Origin: a virus
Length of the DNA: 64,000 bases
IMG/VR virus record: IMGVR_UViG_3300027973_000003
Coordinates: 2,665 to 66,664 of that record
Reading direction: 5' to 3' (one strand)
Of this stretch, positions 19,953 through 27,537 are shown piece by piece. Every line of letters starts with the position of its first letter. Positions within the stretch are counted from its first letter, which is position 1. The position numbers and the translations under genes are program-made. The notes below the pieces were generated by a model that worked only from the letters and a program-made list of their open reading frames with translations, was not told the origin of the DNA and searched no databases.

Positions 19953-20064
19953 AAATTGTTAGCAGGAGTTAATCCAGTTTCACGAAATATAACACAACAA
20001 ATAAATTAGGTGGGGTGATTTGATGCACGTACACCCCCAACGTGACTCACGTGACTAAGCCTTG

Positions 20065-20187
20065 TTATTTTACTTTAAAAAATTCTTTGGCTGTTGACAA
20101 CACGCAGCTTACCCAAAAGTCATACGCTTCTTGCGTACGGTTAAGGACTTGCTCAAACTTCTTGTACTGCTCATCAAATGTAAACAT
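20065..20187 (-). CDS. 40 aa amphipathic peptide (possible mini-phasin)
   Basis: AAGGAG RBS before MFTFDEQ; own extended -10 promoter with overlapping palindrome. Confidence 0.55.
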   Translation of the reverse strand: MFTFDEQYKKFEQVLNRTQEAYDFWVSCVLSTAKEFFKVK

Positions 20188-20219
20188 AGGGTTTCTCCTT
20201 AGTGGTGTGTATGGTGTGT

Positions 20220-20249
20220 AGTATACCACACAATTGTTGCGCTGCAACA
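20220..20249 (-). promoter_or_regulatory. sigma70-type promoter overlapped by PhaR-like palindrome TGTTGC-GCT-GCAACA
   Basis: TTGCAG-N16-TATACT with TGn extension on the minus strand; palindrome at 20235-20249. Confidence 0.45.
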
Positions 20250-20428
20250 TCTTTACAATCGCCCACACTTTTCTTTACAAAAAACCCCGATCGGGAAGAT
20301 TTTCCTATTTTTGCCTACTTTTTCGTCAGAATTGCCCGTTCGGGAAACTTTTTTATACCTATGGGTTGTAATTAAGGTTCCGTTTTGGTACCTATGGGTT
20401 ATGTTTTGCATGATTTTTTATTAAAGTT

Positions 20429-20785
20429 TCATGCACTTTTTCTTTTAAGGCGCTCGTCGTGGTGGTGTATCCGATGGCAGTTAGCGCACAGGACTATGCA
20501 TTTTTTAATCTCTTCGTAGGCTTTGGCGAACTGTCCGTTAGATATGAACTGGTGGACACTGCCTGATTTTGTACTGGGGTCTTCGTGGTGAAAGTCCATT
20601 GCTGCTATATGGCTGTACCCGCATGCCGTGCACTTAAGCGTGGCTTTGAAGATGTACCACTTTAGTCGCTCTTTAATCTTAGTGGTCTTGGTTGCTACCT
20701 TGCTTTTGTCTTTGTTCTTTGAATAGTACGTTCGGCTATATCCAGCCTGTTTTTCTTTTTTAACTTTTGGGTCCTTATACGGCAT
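20429..20785 (-). CDS. HNH endonuclease
   Basis: CTACG...DFHH...CIVLCANCHRIHH. Confidence 0.85.
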   Translation of the reverse strand: MPYKDPKVKKEKQAGYSRTYYSKNKDKSKVATKTTKIKERLKWYIFKATLKCTACGYSHIAAMDFHHEDPSTKSGSVHQFISNGQFAKAYEEIKKCIVLCANCHRIHHHDERLKRKSA

Positions 20786-21206
20786 CGTTTAAGCGGTATG
20801 TTTTTATTGGCTCGCTACTGTTTGCATCTACATTGCATGCCCACTTTACCGATTCTTCCGCTGTCAACCCCATGCGCATACAGACTTCTGCTGCCATGGC
20901 TCCAGACCCAATTGCCATAAATGATCTGATTCTTTCCCACTCCAGGTCGTCCCCACAGGAGAACAATCCATCTTTAGTTAGCTTGAGAAAGGAGCTGTCC
21001 GATTTTAGTTTTGGTTTTGTTTTGCTCTTCTTGCCCAGGTAATCTAAGACCTTCTCGGCATCCACGTAGTTACCAGCTACGCCCATCCAGCCACCATCTA
21101 TTGCAAATACTTTTTCTTCAAAGTACTTAATCCCCGAATCAGAATCCGTGAACTGACTATCTGCTACCAGTATCTTCTTATCCCAGTCACCGATGATTGT
21201 CGTCAT
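20775..21206 (-). CDS. Ntn-hydrolase (proteasome/HslV-like) peptidase
   Basis: N-terminal MTTII, ADSQ, GVAG and AIGSGA motifs. Confidence 0.7.
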   Translation of the reverse strand: MTTIIGDWDKKILVADSQFTDSDSGIKYFEEKVFAIDGGWMGVAGNYVDAEKVLDYLGKKSKTKPKLKSDSSFLKLTKDGLFSCGDDLEWERIRSFMAIGSGAMAAEVCMRMGLTAEESVKWACNVDANSSEPIKTYRLNDAV

Positions 21207-21314
21207 TTCTGTGGTACCTATCGTTAGGGTTATTAAGCATACTTTGAATCAGGCTATCAATCGTACTAAACCACTGAATCACTTTCATGCCATCATGCTG
21301 CATGATCGTAAAAC

Positions 21315-21470
21315 TCATTCTTCTTTCTGCCCTACAACCTTATAGACTTGATTGACTATATTTAAAACGTGTTCTATATCCTCGGGCGTTAACTGGCCCA
21401 TCAGCTGCAATATCTTTATTACTGCAACGTCGTTGTTTAGTGGTACTGGTTTGACTAGGTTTTCAATCAT
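21315..21470 (-). CDS. hypothetical protein
   Basis: 51 aa from MIENLV, ATGA-coupled to the upstream ORF. Confidence 0.45.
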   Translation of the reverse strand: MIENLVKPVPLNNDVAVIKILQLMGQLTPEDIEHVLNIVNQVYKVVGQKEE

Positions 21471-21613
21471 TTGGTAGCAATCAGATAGGCGCCGTAATTG
21501 GCAAAACAATATCCTGAGTACATGCAGGCTAAACCCATATTGCCTTTGAGCGCTTGCTCCGCAGCTATATAAGCGTAGATTAATCCCGTCACAATAATCA
21601 GCCAAGAACTCAT
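21467..21613 (-). CDS. small membrane protein
   Basis: 48 aa MSSWLIIVTGLIYAYIAAEQ...YSGYCFANYG, two hydrophobic segments. Confidence 0.55.
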   Translation of the reverse strand: MSSWLIIVTGLIYAYIAAEQALKGNMGLACMYSGYCFANYGAYLIATK

Positions 21614-22015
21614 AGCAAAATGGTATCCCCTTGATATGTCAGATATTTTACAAAAAAATATACCCCCCTGGGGGTATTGAAATAAAAAAGATAGGGGGTG
21701 TGTTTCTATGAGCACCTTGAGCATGTGCTTGTGGATACTTTGATAGGGGGTGGGGGGTTAAGTACTTATTGCCGATTACATCGGGTCCACGACGTGCGGG
21801 CTTAAGAGGGCCAAGTCGACTAAGAAGCCAAGTTCTACCTAGTTGTAGCTATGTAACACAAATAGCACAAAGTTCTTAAACGAAGGTATCTAACGTGCAA
21901 ATTATTGAGTAGAGGGGACTTAGGATTCCTTTTTTTAATTTTGGGGTCATGGGGTTGTTACTGCAAACCTTTTCTAACATTGTTAGCCATAGCCCTATTT
22001 TTGTTTCCAAAGAAT

Positions 22016-22044
22016 TTGCTTTAGGGGTTATTTTGTGTTATAAT
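22016..22044 (+). promoter_or_regulatory. strong sigma70 early promoter
   Basis: TTGCTT-N17-TATAAT with TGn extended -10. Confidence 0.8.
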
Positions 22045-22121
22045 ATAACCATGCAACAGAGAAGTAAAGGTCAATGTTAGATACCTCTTAAATCTAACAA
22101 TGTTAGAAAAGGAATTAAATC

Positions 22122-22592
22122 ATGGAAAAGACTTTATTGGCTCAACGTTTAGAAAATGCTCGTAACGCAATAGTGGCAAACGCTGTAAATACTGGTGAAC
22201 TCATTGGCTCTTATGCTAGTGCAATGCAAGAATCATTTGACATGGTGCTAGAAAATGGTGAGGTTGTTAAGTGGTTTAATCTCAAGGGCAAGGCTAAAGT
22301 AGGTGTTAAGGCTGAATATGCTTTATTCGTTGATGCCCTAAAATCTGCTGACCTCGAGGGTAATAAGTATGTTTACTGGCAGAGAGTTAAGGAAGCAAGT
22401 GGTTATCAAACTGCAGGTAATACAGTAAAAGCAAGCCTGACTATTGATGCCCGTAACCTTGCTGACCTTAAAACGATTTTGGGTCGCATCTTGAATAACG
22501 AATCAGACGATGATGCTGAATTGTCAAATCAAGCAAAATCACACCTAACCGAAGCATTCTCAATTCTAGGTGGTGACATTACCAAAATCTAA
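22122..22592 (+). CDS. hypothetical first early protein
   Basis: 156 aa, AAGGA RBS, own promoter and terminator, flanked by palindromes. Confidence 0.75.
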   Translation: MEKTLLAQRLENARNAIVANAVNTGELIGSYASAMQESFDMVLENGEVVKWFNLKGKAKVGVKAEYALFVDALKSADLEGNKYVYWQRVKEASGYQTAGNTVKASLTIDARNLADLKTILGRILNNESDDDAELSNQAKSHLTEAFSILGGDITKI

Positions 22593-22610
22593 CAATGTTA
22601 GATTTGACCG

Positions 22611-22670
22611 AAGCCCTGATTCGTCAGGGCTTTTTTTGTGCCCATTCGGTTCGCACCGCGTGGGTTTTTT
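22611..22670 (+). terminator. tandem rho-independent terminators
   Basis: AAGCCCTGA-TTCG-TCAGGGCTT + T-run; second CCCA...TGGG hairpin + T6. Confidence 0.85.
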
Positions 22671-22729
22671 GTTTCCGCCTAGCAGAATAATGATAGTTCC
22701 AAGAAACGATAGGGCGAAACGAGGGAATT

Positions 22730-23160
22730 TCCTTTGTTAGAGGCAAAACTAACATTGTTAGAAACTGGGCTACAAAACTCTAACAATAGAAGCCTTTATA
22801 ATCAAGGACTTACAAGCATTGTTAGAAAGTGAAAAAGGACTCTAACAATATAAAAAGCCTTTAGAATCAAGGACTTACAAGCGTTTTTGGGGGTATTGTT
22901 AGAAAATGGAGAAAAACTAGGGAACGGAATCTGAAAAGAGCCTTTCACGCAGTGCAAACTTCCAGCACTAAAGCAAAAAGTTCTGCAAGCCTCTCTCTAT
23001 CTCTATTTTCTCTAACTTTATAACAATATATCTTTTTCTAACACCAAAGCCTTTTACTTATTGGATTTTACATTGTTAGAATTTCTTTTTATTTTTCTAA
23101 CAATACCCTGTTTTTTCTAACATTACCCCACTTTTTCTAACATTGCTCACTCAACCCAAA
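22730..23160. other. origin-like / nucleoprotein assembly region
   Basis: non-coding and AT-rich; TTTTTCTAACA half-sites at 20-bp spacing, a 16-bp inverted repeat, two WATCAANNNNTTR (IHF consensus) sites in a direct repeat. Confidence 0.55.
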
Positions 23161-23162
23161 AC

Positions 23163-23191
23163 TTGCAATAGGTCTAACAATGTGATACAAT
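23163..23191 (+). promoter_or_regulatory. sigma70 early promoter with palindrome-like operator in the spacer
   Basis: TTGCAA-N17-TACAAT with TGn; CTAACAATGTGAT between the hexamers. Confidence 0.75.
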
Positions 23192-23274
23192 ATAGGTATG
23201 AGTGGGAATATGTTTCTTATCGTTTACATTTATCAGCCGTTCCTAACAATGTTAGTTTTTACAAGGAGAAGTAT

Positions 23275-23373
23275 ATGAATCGTTTTATCGCCATCGTTGC
23301 CTTAGTAGTTGCACCACTTTATTTCGTGATGCATTTTGTATTGTTTCTATTAGCTAACACAGGAGTCAAATAA
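23275..23373 (+). CDS. 32 aa single-TM early peptide
   Basis: AAGGAG RBS; MNRFIAIVALVVAPLYFVMHFVLFLLA. Confidence 0.6.
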   Translation: MNRFIAIVALVVAPLYFVMHFVLFLLANTGVK

Positions 23374-23678
23374 TGGGCAAACTAAAACAGTCAATCATTG
23401 CAGAGCAAGAGAAGCGCCAGTTCGTATTCGACTTTGACGATGAGCCACAGACCATGCAACGCAAACTTACTACTACTCAAATGGTGGCAAGTAACTGGGT
23501 TCGTTACTACCATGTCAATAAACTTAAACCGAACACAGAGAAGTATAAGCAAGCGCAACATGCATACCTTTGTGGTATTGGCTTGATGCTAGGTGAGCAG
23601 ATGCCAACGCTATTGTCTTTGTGTTTATCGAGTGGCAGAGATATTGCAAGTGTAATCGAACGAACACAACCAAGATAA
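23373..23678 (+). CDS. hypothetical early protein
   Basis: 101 aa, AGGAG RBS. Confidence 0.65.
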   Translation: MGKLKQSIIAEQEKRQFVFDFDDEPQTMQRKLTTTQMVASNWVRYYHVNKLKPNTEKYKQAQHAYLCGIGLMLGEQMPTLLSLCLSSGRDIASVIERTQPR

Positions 23679-23699
23679 TTTTGACAGGAGAATCTAACA

Positions 23700-23906
23700 A
23701 TGTTATACGGAATTGATTGTGATTGCGGTATGGAGATTGATGCAAGGAGAGTGGCTATTGGCTACTTTGTATGCCTAGATTGTGGTGACAAGCAAGCTAA
23801 GGCTAAGAAGTTTGTAGTCCAAATACCTTACGGCAAAGGCGCATACCAGTATATTCACAACCCGATGGAAGATTTGAAATACACCAACCCAAAGAGGACA
23901 ACATGA
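23700..23906 (+). CDS. DksA/TraR-like C4 zinc-finger protein
   Basis: CDCGMEIDARR...CLDC. Confidence 0.55.
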   Translation: MLYGIDCDCGMEIDARRVAIGYFVCLDCGDKQAKAKKFVVQIPYGKGAYQYIHNPMEDLKYTNPKRTT

Positions 23907-23988
23907 ACTACTCAGAGTATTTAAAAGCTAAGTATGGCTCAGACAAGTTTGCTGATGTGTTACGCAAATGCATAGAGGAGAGGAAGAA

Positions 23989-24258
23989 ATGAAAGTAAAG
24001 GACAAAGACTATTACGAGTTATGCGACATGGTATTTAGTCTAGGTGCAGAGCAACGCAAGAAAGTTCTAACATTGTTAGACGACATGCAAGACCCAAAAG
24101 ACCGAGGAACAATCTTTGACCACGCATTGACCAAAGCCTATGAGTATGCAGAGAGTGGGCGAAACGACAAGCTAGCCAAAGAGGGCATTGCATGCGATGC
24201 ATACCGAGATGGATTTTTAGATGGAGTGGCTTACAGAATGGGTGGGTTCAATGCATAA
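23989..24258 (+). CDS. hypothetical early protein
   Basis: GAGGA RBS before MKVKDK; AYRDGFLDG motif. Confidence 0.6.
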   Translation: MKVKDKDYYELCDMVFSLGAEQRKKVLTLLDDMQDPKDRGTIFDHALTKAYEYAESGRNDKLAKEGIACDAYRDGFLDGVAYRMGGFNA

Positions 24259-24439
24259 GTATAAGTATTACAAAGGGCAACGCATTAGTGAGTTGCTTAC
24301 GCAGATAGATGAGTTGAGTAGGGCATTGGAAGATAACAATGATGCCTATAAAAACGAGACGCAAGCATTAAGAGCAATGGAAGCAATGGCTACGCTAGCA
24401 ATAGCAAAGGCAAAACTAACCGCACTACAAGGAGAATGA
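24251..24439 (+). CDS. hypothetical early protein
   Basis: 62 aa helical ORF coupled to neighbours. Confidence 0.5.
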   Translation: MHKYKYYKGQRISELLTQIDELSRALEDNNDAYKNETQALRAMEAMATLAIAKAKLTALQGE

Positions 24440-24440
24440 C

Positions 24441-24623
24441 ATGATTAAAAGTCTTGACGATATTTTGTTGGATGCAGAAGATGCGTTCTATGAGTTTGAT
24501 GATGAGCAAGGCAATATCTTTGACGATGATGACCGCATGCTATTCATCGAGGGATACAACCAAGGAGTTGAAGCATTTCGCAAGCAAGCCCTAACATTGT
24601 TATACAACATGAGGAGTGAGTGA
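24441..24623 (+). CDS. small acidic early protein (possible DNA mimic)
   Basis: AAGGAG RBS; D/E-rich DAEDAFYEFDDEQGNIFDDDD. Confidence 0.6.
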   Translation: MIKSLDDILLDAEDAFYEFDDEQGNIFDDDDRMLFIEGYNQGVEAFRKQALTLLYNMRSE

Positions 24624-25119
24624 GATGGGATACCGAAGCACGATAGCGTTTTGCTTATCAGTCAATGAGGAGAACAGGGAGAATGGGGATGGCACTCATT
24701 CTCTTTACTTTGATAGGGCTAAGTTCAAAGAGATGGTCGGGTTCATGAAACTAACTAAGTTCTATGAGATTGCGACAGACTCAGAGTATGACTTGCTTAG
24801 TAAGGAAAGCCCGCACCTTGGATGGGCAGAGGGCAAGATTGTTTTCTATGCAGAAGATTGGAAGTGGTATTCCGACTATCCATTGGTGGTGGCATTTAAC
24901 GATATGTGGAATTCGATGCAAGACATAGAGGGTATAAGCGGATACTTCTTGCGAGTAGGCGAGGGTGATGGCAACCAGTTGGATATAGACGAGGAAGAAT
25001 TCGGAGATGACCCTGACTACCAACACTTTAGCCCCCATGCATCTATGTATTTTAGTGGCGAAGGATTTTTAGGAGAGCAAGATACGAACGAAGAAGCGAA
25101 GGAACAGGTGACTACCTAA
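24616..25119 (+). CDS. acidic hypothetical early protein
   Basis: MGYRS...WKWY...FLRVGE motif, acidic tail. Confidence 0.65.
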   Translation: MSEMGYRSTIAFCLSVNEENRENGDGTHSLYFDRAKFKEMVGFMKLTKFYEIATDSEYDLLSKESPHLGWAEGKIVFYAEDWKWYSDYPLVVAFNDMWNSMQDIEGISGYFLRVGEGDGNQLDIDEEEFGDDPDYQHFSPHASMYFSGEGFLGEQDTNEEAKEQVTT

Positions 25120-25196
25120 CATTGTTAGGAATATTAGCGTATGTGTATGGTAGTTACAAATAGTAGCGTAGGCATATAACAATTAAGGAGTTATAA

Positions 25197-26132
25197 ATGT
25201 TTGGATATAGTAGAAACTCAGGCATCAGTTGGATGCGTGATTATGGGGATGCGTTCCATAAGTATCAGTCCACTACCGATATCAGAGGTAGGGTAAAAGA
25301 ACCTAAGCGCCCGCTTGGTCAGCGCAAGAGTGTCGATATGTATTCCATCAGACTCAAAGACGATGGCTCGATGGGTGTTGAGTGTGTGCTTTATCAGACC
25401 CCAGTTGTTACATTCTACCCAACAGGGCTAGTTGAATTGCGTAGTGATGGGTGGGCAAGTGCATCTACCGCTAGCTTTATCAATGAGGTTACAAACTACT
25501 CGGCTCGTATATTTAACGGCTCACTATGTGTAAGCGTAGCTGGTATAGAAAGTAGGATAGATGAAGGTGTCTTAAAGATAGAGGGTAATCGCATCCTTAA
25601 TCTAGTTGCGGATAAGACCCATTCAGTTATCAGAAGCGAAGCTAACAAAGTTAGAAAACAGTATGCCGAGTTCCTTAAGTATGGTTGTGCATTGGTGCGC
25701 CTCAAAGCTGAGGGCTTTCTTCTAGCAGAGTATGAAGAAACCTTTGGCAGAACTAGCAATGGTTCGTTTGTTGGTTTGCCCGAGGGTATAAGCAAATCAT
25801 ACAGGACTAACTTTATTGATGATGTGCATGCGTTCTTTGCATTGGCTAAGGAAAGCGGGGCGGATAAGCATGTTGCTCATTACAAAGCAGTCTTAGCTAT
25901 GGCTTGGGCATTCGGCTCTAATACTTATAGTGGAAGCTATACCGCAACAGGCACTCATATAAACGAGGCTAGCTTTAAGAGAGCATTCGATAACTTAGTG
26001 CTTGGCTATCACAGAGATGAGGTATTTGTGGAGAGGGTAAGAGAAGAAGGACAAGTAAAGAAAGACCCCTATGGCAAATACTATGAGAGTGGATGGGGAA
26101 GATTCCATTCTAACAATGTTAGTCAAACCTAA
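25197..26132 (+). CDS. hypothetical early protein
   Basis: 311 aa, AAGGAG RBS; LYQTPVVTFYPTG motif. Confidence 0.7.
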   Translation: MFGYSRNSGISWMRDYGDAFHKYQSTTDIRGRVKEPKRPLGQRKSVDMYSIRLKDDGSMGVECVLYQTPVVTFYPTGLVELRSDGWASASTASFINEVTNYSARIFNGSLCVSVAGIESRIDEGVLKIEGNRILNLVADKTHSVIRSEANKVRKQYAEFLKYGCALVRLKAEGFLLAEYEETFGRTSNGSFVGLPEGISKSYRTNFIDDVHAFFALAKESGADKHVAHYKAVLAMAWAFGSNTYSGSYTATGTHINEASFKRAFDNLVLGYHRDEVFVERVREEGQVKKDPYGKYYESGWGRFHSNNVSQT

Positions 26133-26136
26133 GAAC

Positions 26137-26165
26137 TTGCATTGGGATACTAATTGTGTTACAAT
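26137..26165 (+). promoter_or_regulatory. sigma70 early promoter
   Basis: TTGCAT-N17-TACAAT with TGn; downstream AGTGGGAAT shared with the 23163 promoter; palindromes on both sides. Confidence 0.75.
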
Positions 26166-26294
26166 ATATGTATAGTGGGAATTTATTACATCATAAGTGG
26201 TGAATTTCCTAACATTGTTAGGTGTAGTGTAGTAACAGTAGTATGTTTATAGGCAGCCGTAGTAATCATCAATCAATTAAAACGAGGAATCAAA

Positions 26295-27362
26295 ATGGCA
26301 GAAATCAATTTCGGTAAGACTGTATCAATCGCACAGGCTTGCAACATCATTCTTTCAACACCAATGAACCGCTACTTCTTAAGAGGTGAGCCAGGGATAG
26401 GCAAATCATCTATCCTTAAGACGCTATCCGCAAGCCTACCTGACCATGAGGTGTCATACATTGATGTGCCGAACATGGACTTGGGTGATATCGCTATGCC
26501 CGTTATCGACAGAGAAACAAAGACTACTGCCTATTACCCTAACAGTAGATTCAAGATTCATCTTGGCAAGCCAGTCATAACAATGTTAGATGAGTATACG
26601 AAAGGCGCAGACCCTATTAAGAACATGCTCCACCCGATGCTCGAGGTAGCTAACCCACGACTAGGTGATATCTCATTACTGCCTGAGTCTATTACTTTCT
26701 TGACAGGCAATCTATCTAGTGATGGTGTAGGCGACTCCCTGAAGGCGCATAGTATGAATCGTATTATTCCGCTACATGTAAGAAAGCCTGATGCAGATGA
26801 GTGGATTGGTTGGGCTATCAATAACGACATAGCACCTGAGGTTATCGCATGGGTTAAACAGTTCCCGCATGCAATGGCTAGCTATCTTGATGGCTCACAG
26901 TCAGACAATCCGTATATCTTTAATCCAAAGAAAGTGCAGTCAGCATTCGTATCGCCTCGTTCATTGGAGAGGGTATCTAACATTGTTAAGGTCAGGTCAC
27001 AGTTAGATGCCGATAGCTTGATATGTGCAATGAGTGGTGCGGTGGGCGAATCAGCTAGTAGGGATATGCAAGCATACATAGAGTTCTCAGACCAGCTTCC
27101 TACATGGGAGTCGGTAGTTGCAGACCCACGACATGCCAAAGTTCCCGAGGGTGCGGGCGCTTGTGCAATTATTGTATTCGGTGCTATCGCTAAGGTTACT
27201 AAGGACACCATCAGTCCGTTCATGCAATACCTTGAACGCTTTGAACCCGAGTGGCAAGCATGCTTTGCTATCAACATTGCGAAGTCCCCAAGCAAGCAGT
27301 CAGTTGCATTTAGTTCAGCTAAGTTTGCTGATTGGGTGCAGAAGAATGAAGATTTGTTATGA
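26295..27362 (+). CDS. MoxR-like AAA+ ATPase
   Basis: Walker A GEPGIGKS, Walker B MLDE, TGN sensor, SPRSLE. Confidence 0.85.
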   Translation: MAEINFGKTVSIAQACNIILSTPMNRYFLRGEPGIGKSSILKTLSASLPDHEVSYIDVPNMDLGDIAMPVIDRETKTTAYYPNSRFKIHLGKPVITMLDEYTKGADPIKNMLHPMLEVANPRLGDISLLPESITFLTGNLSSDGVGDSLKAHSMNRIIPLHVRKPDADEWIGWAINNDIAPEVIAWVKQFPHAMASYLDGSQSDNPYIFNPKKVQSAFVSPRSLERVSNIVKVRSQLDADSLICAMSGAVGESASRDMQAYIEFSDQLPTWESVVADPRHAKVPEGAGACAIIVFGAIAKVTKDTISPFMQYLERFEPEWQACFAINIAKSPSKQSVAFSSAKFADWVQKNEDLL

Positions 27363-27535
27363 CCGAGGAGAAAGTCAAACAACAGGGCAGACCACGCCTT
27401 GATAAGGATACTAAGGTTAGCAGAGAAAGGGTAAGGCAGATACAGAACCATGCCCTAGGTAAGCTACGCAAACTTATGTATGAGCGTGGGTATAAGTTCG
27501 AGGATTTTTTTGATGACAAGCAAAAGGGAAACTAA
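27359..27535 (+). CDS. 58 aa sigma70 region 4.2-like peptide (not in ORF track)
   Basis: MTEEKV...VSRERVRQIQNHALGKLRK; ATGA overlap with the AAA gene, stop 2 nt before the VWA gene start. Confidence 0.65.
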   Translation: MTEEKVKQQGRPRLDKDTKVSRERVRQIQNHALGKLRKLMYERGYKFEDFFDDKQKGN

Positions 27536-27537
27536 CA

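Noticed and set aside
19975-20056. GTTTCACG and CACGTGA as parS half-sites
   Set aside because: No complete TGTTTCACGTGAAACA palindrome and no parAB genes.
22790-22880. dif/Xer or attP site
   Set aside because: It does not fit the 11-6-11 dif layout and no recombinase is present. It fits the IHF consensus better.
23143-23274. 5' extension of the 76-aa ORF in the track
   Set aside because: The extension spans a promoter. The RBS supports a start at 23275.
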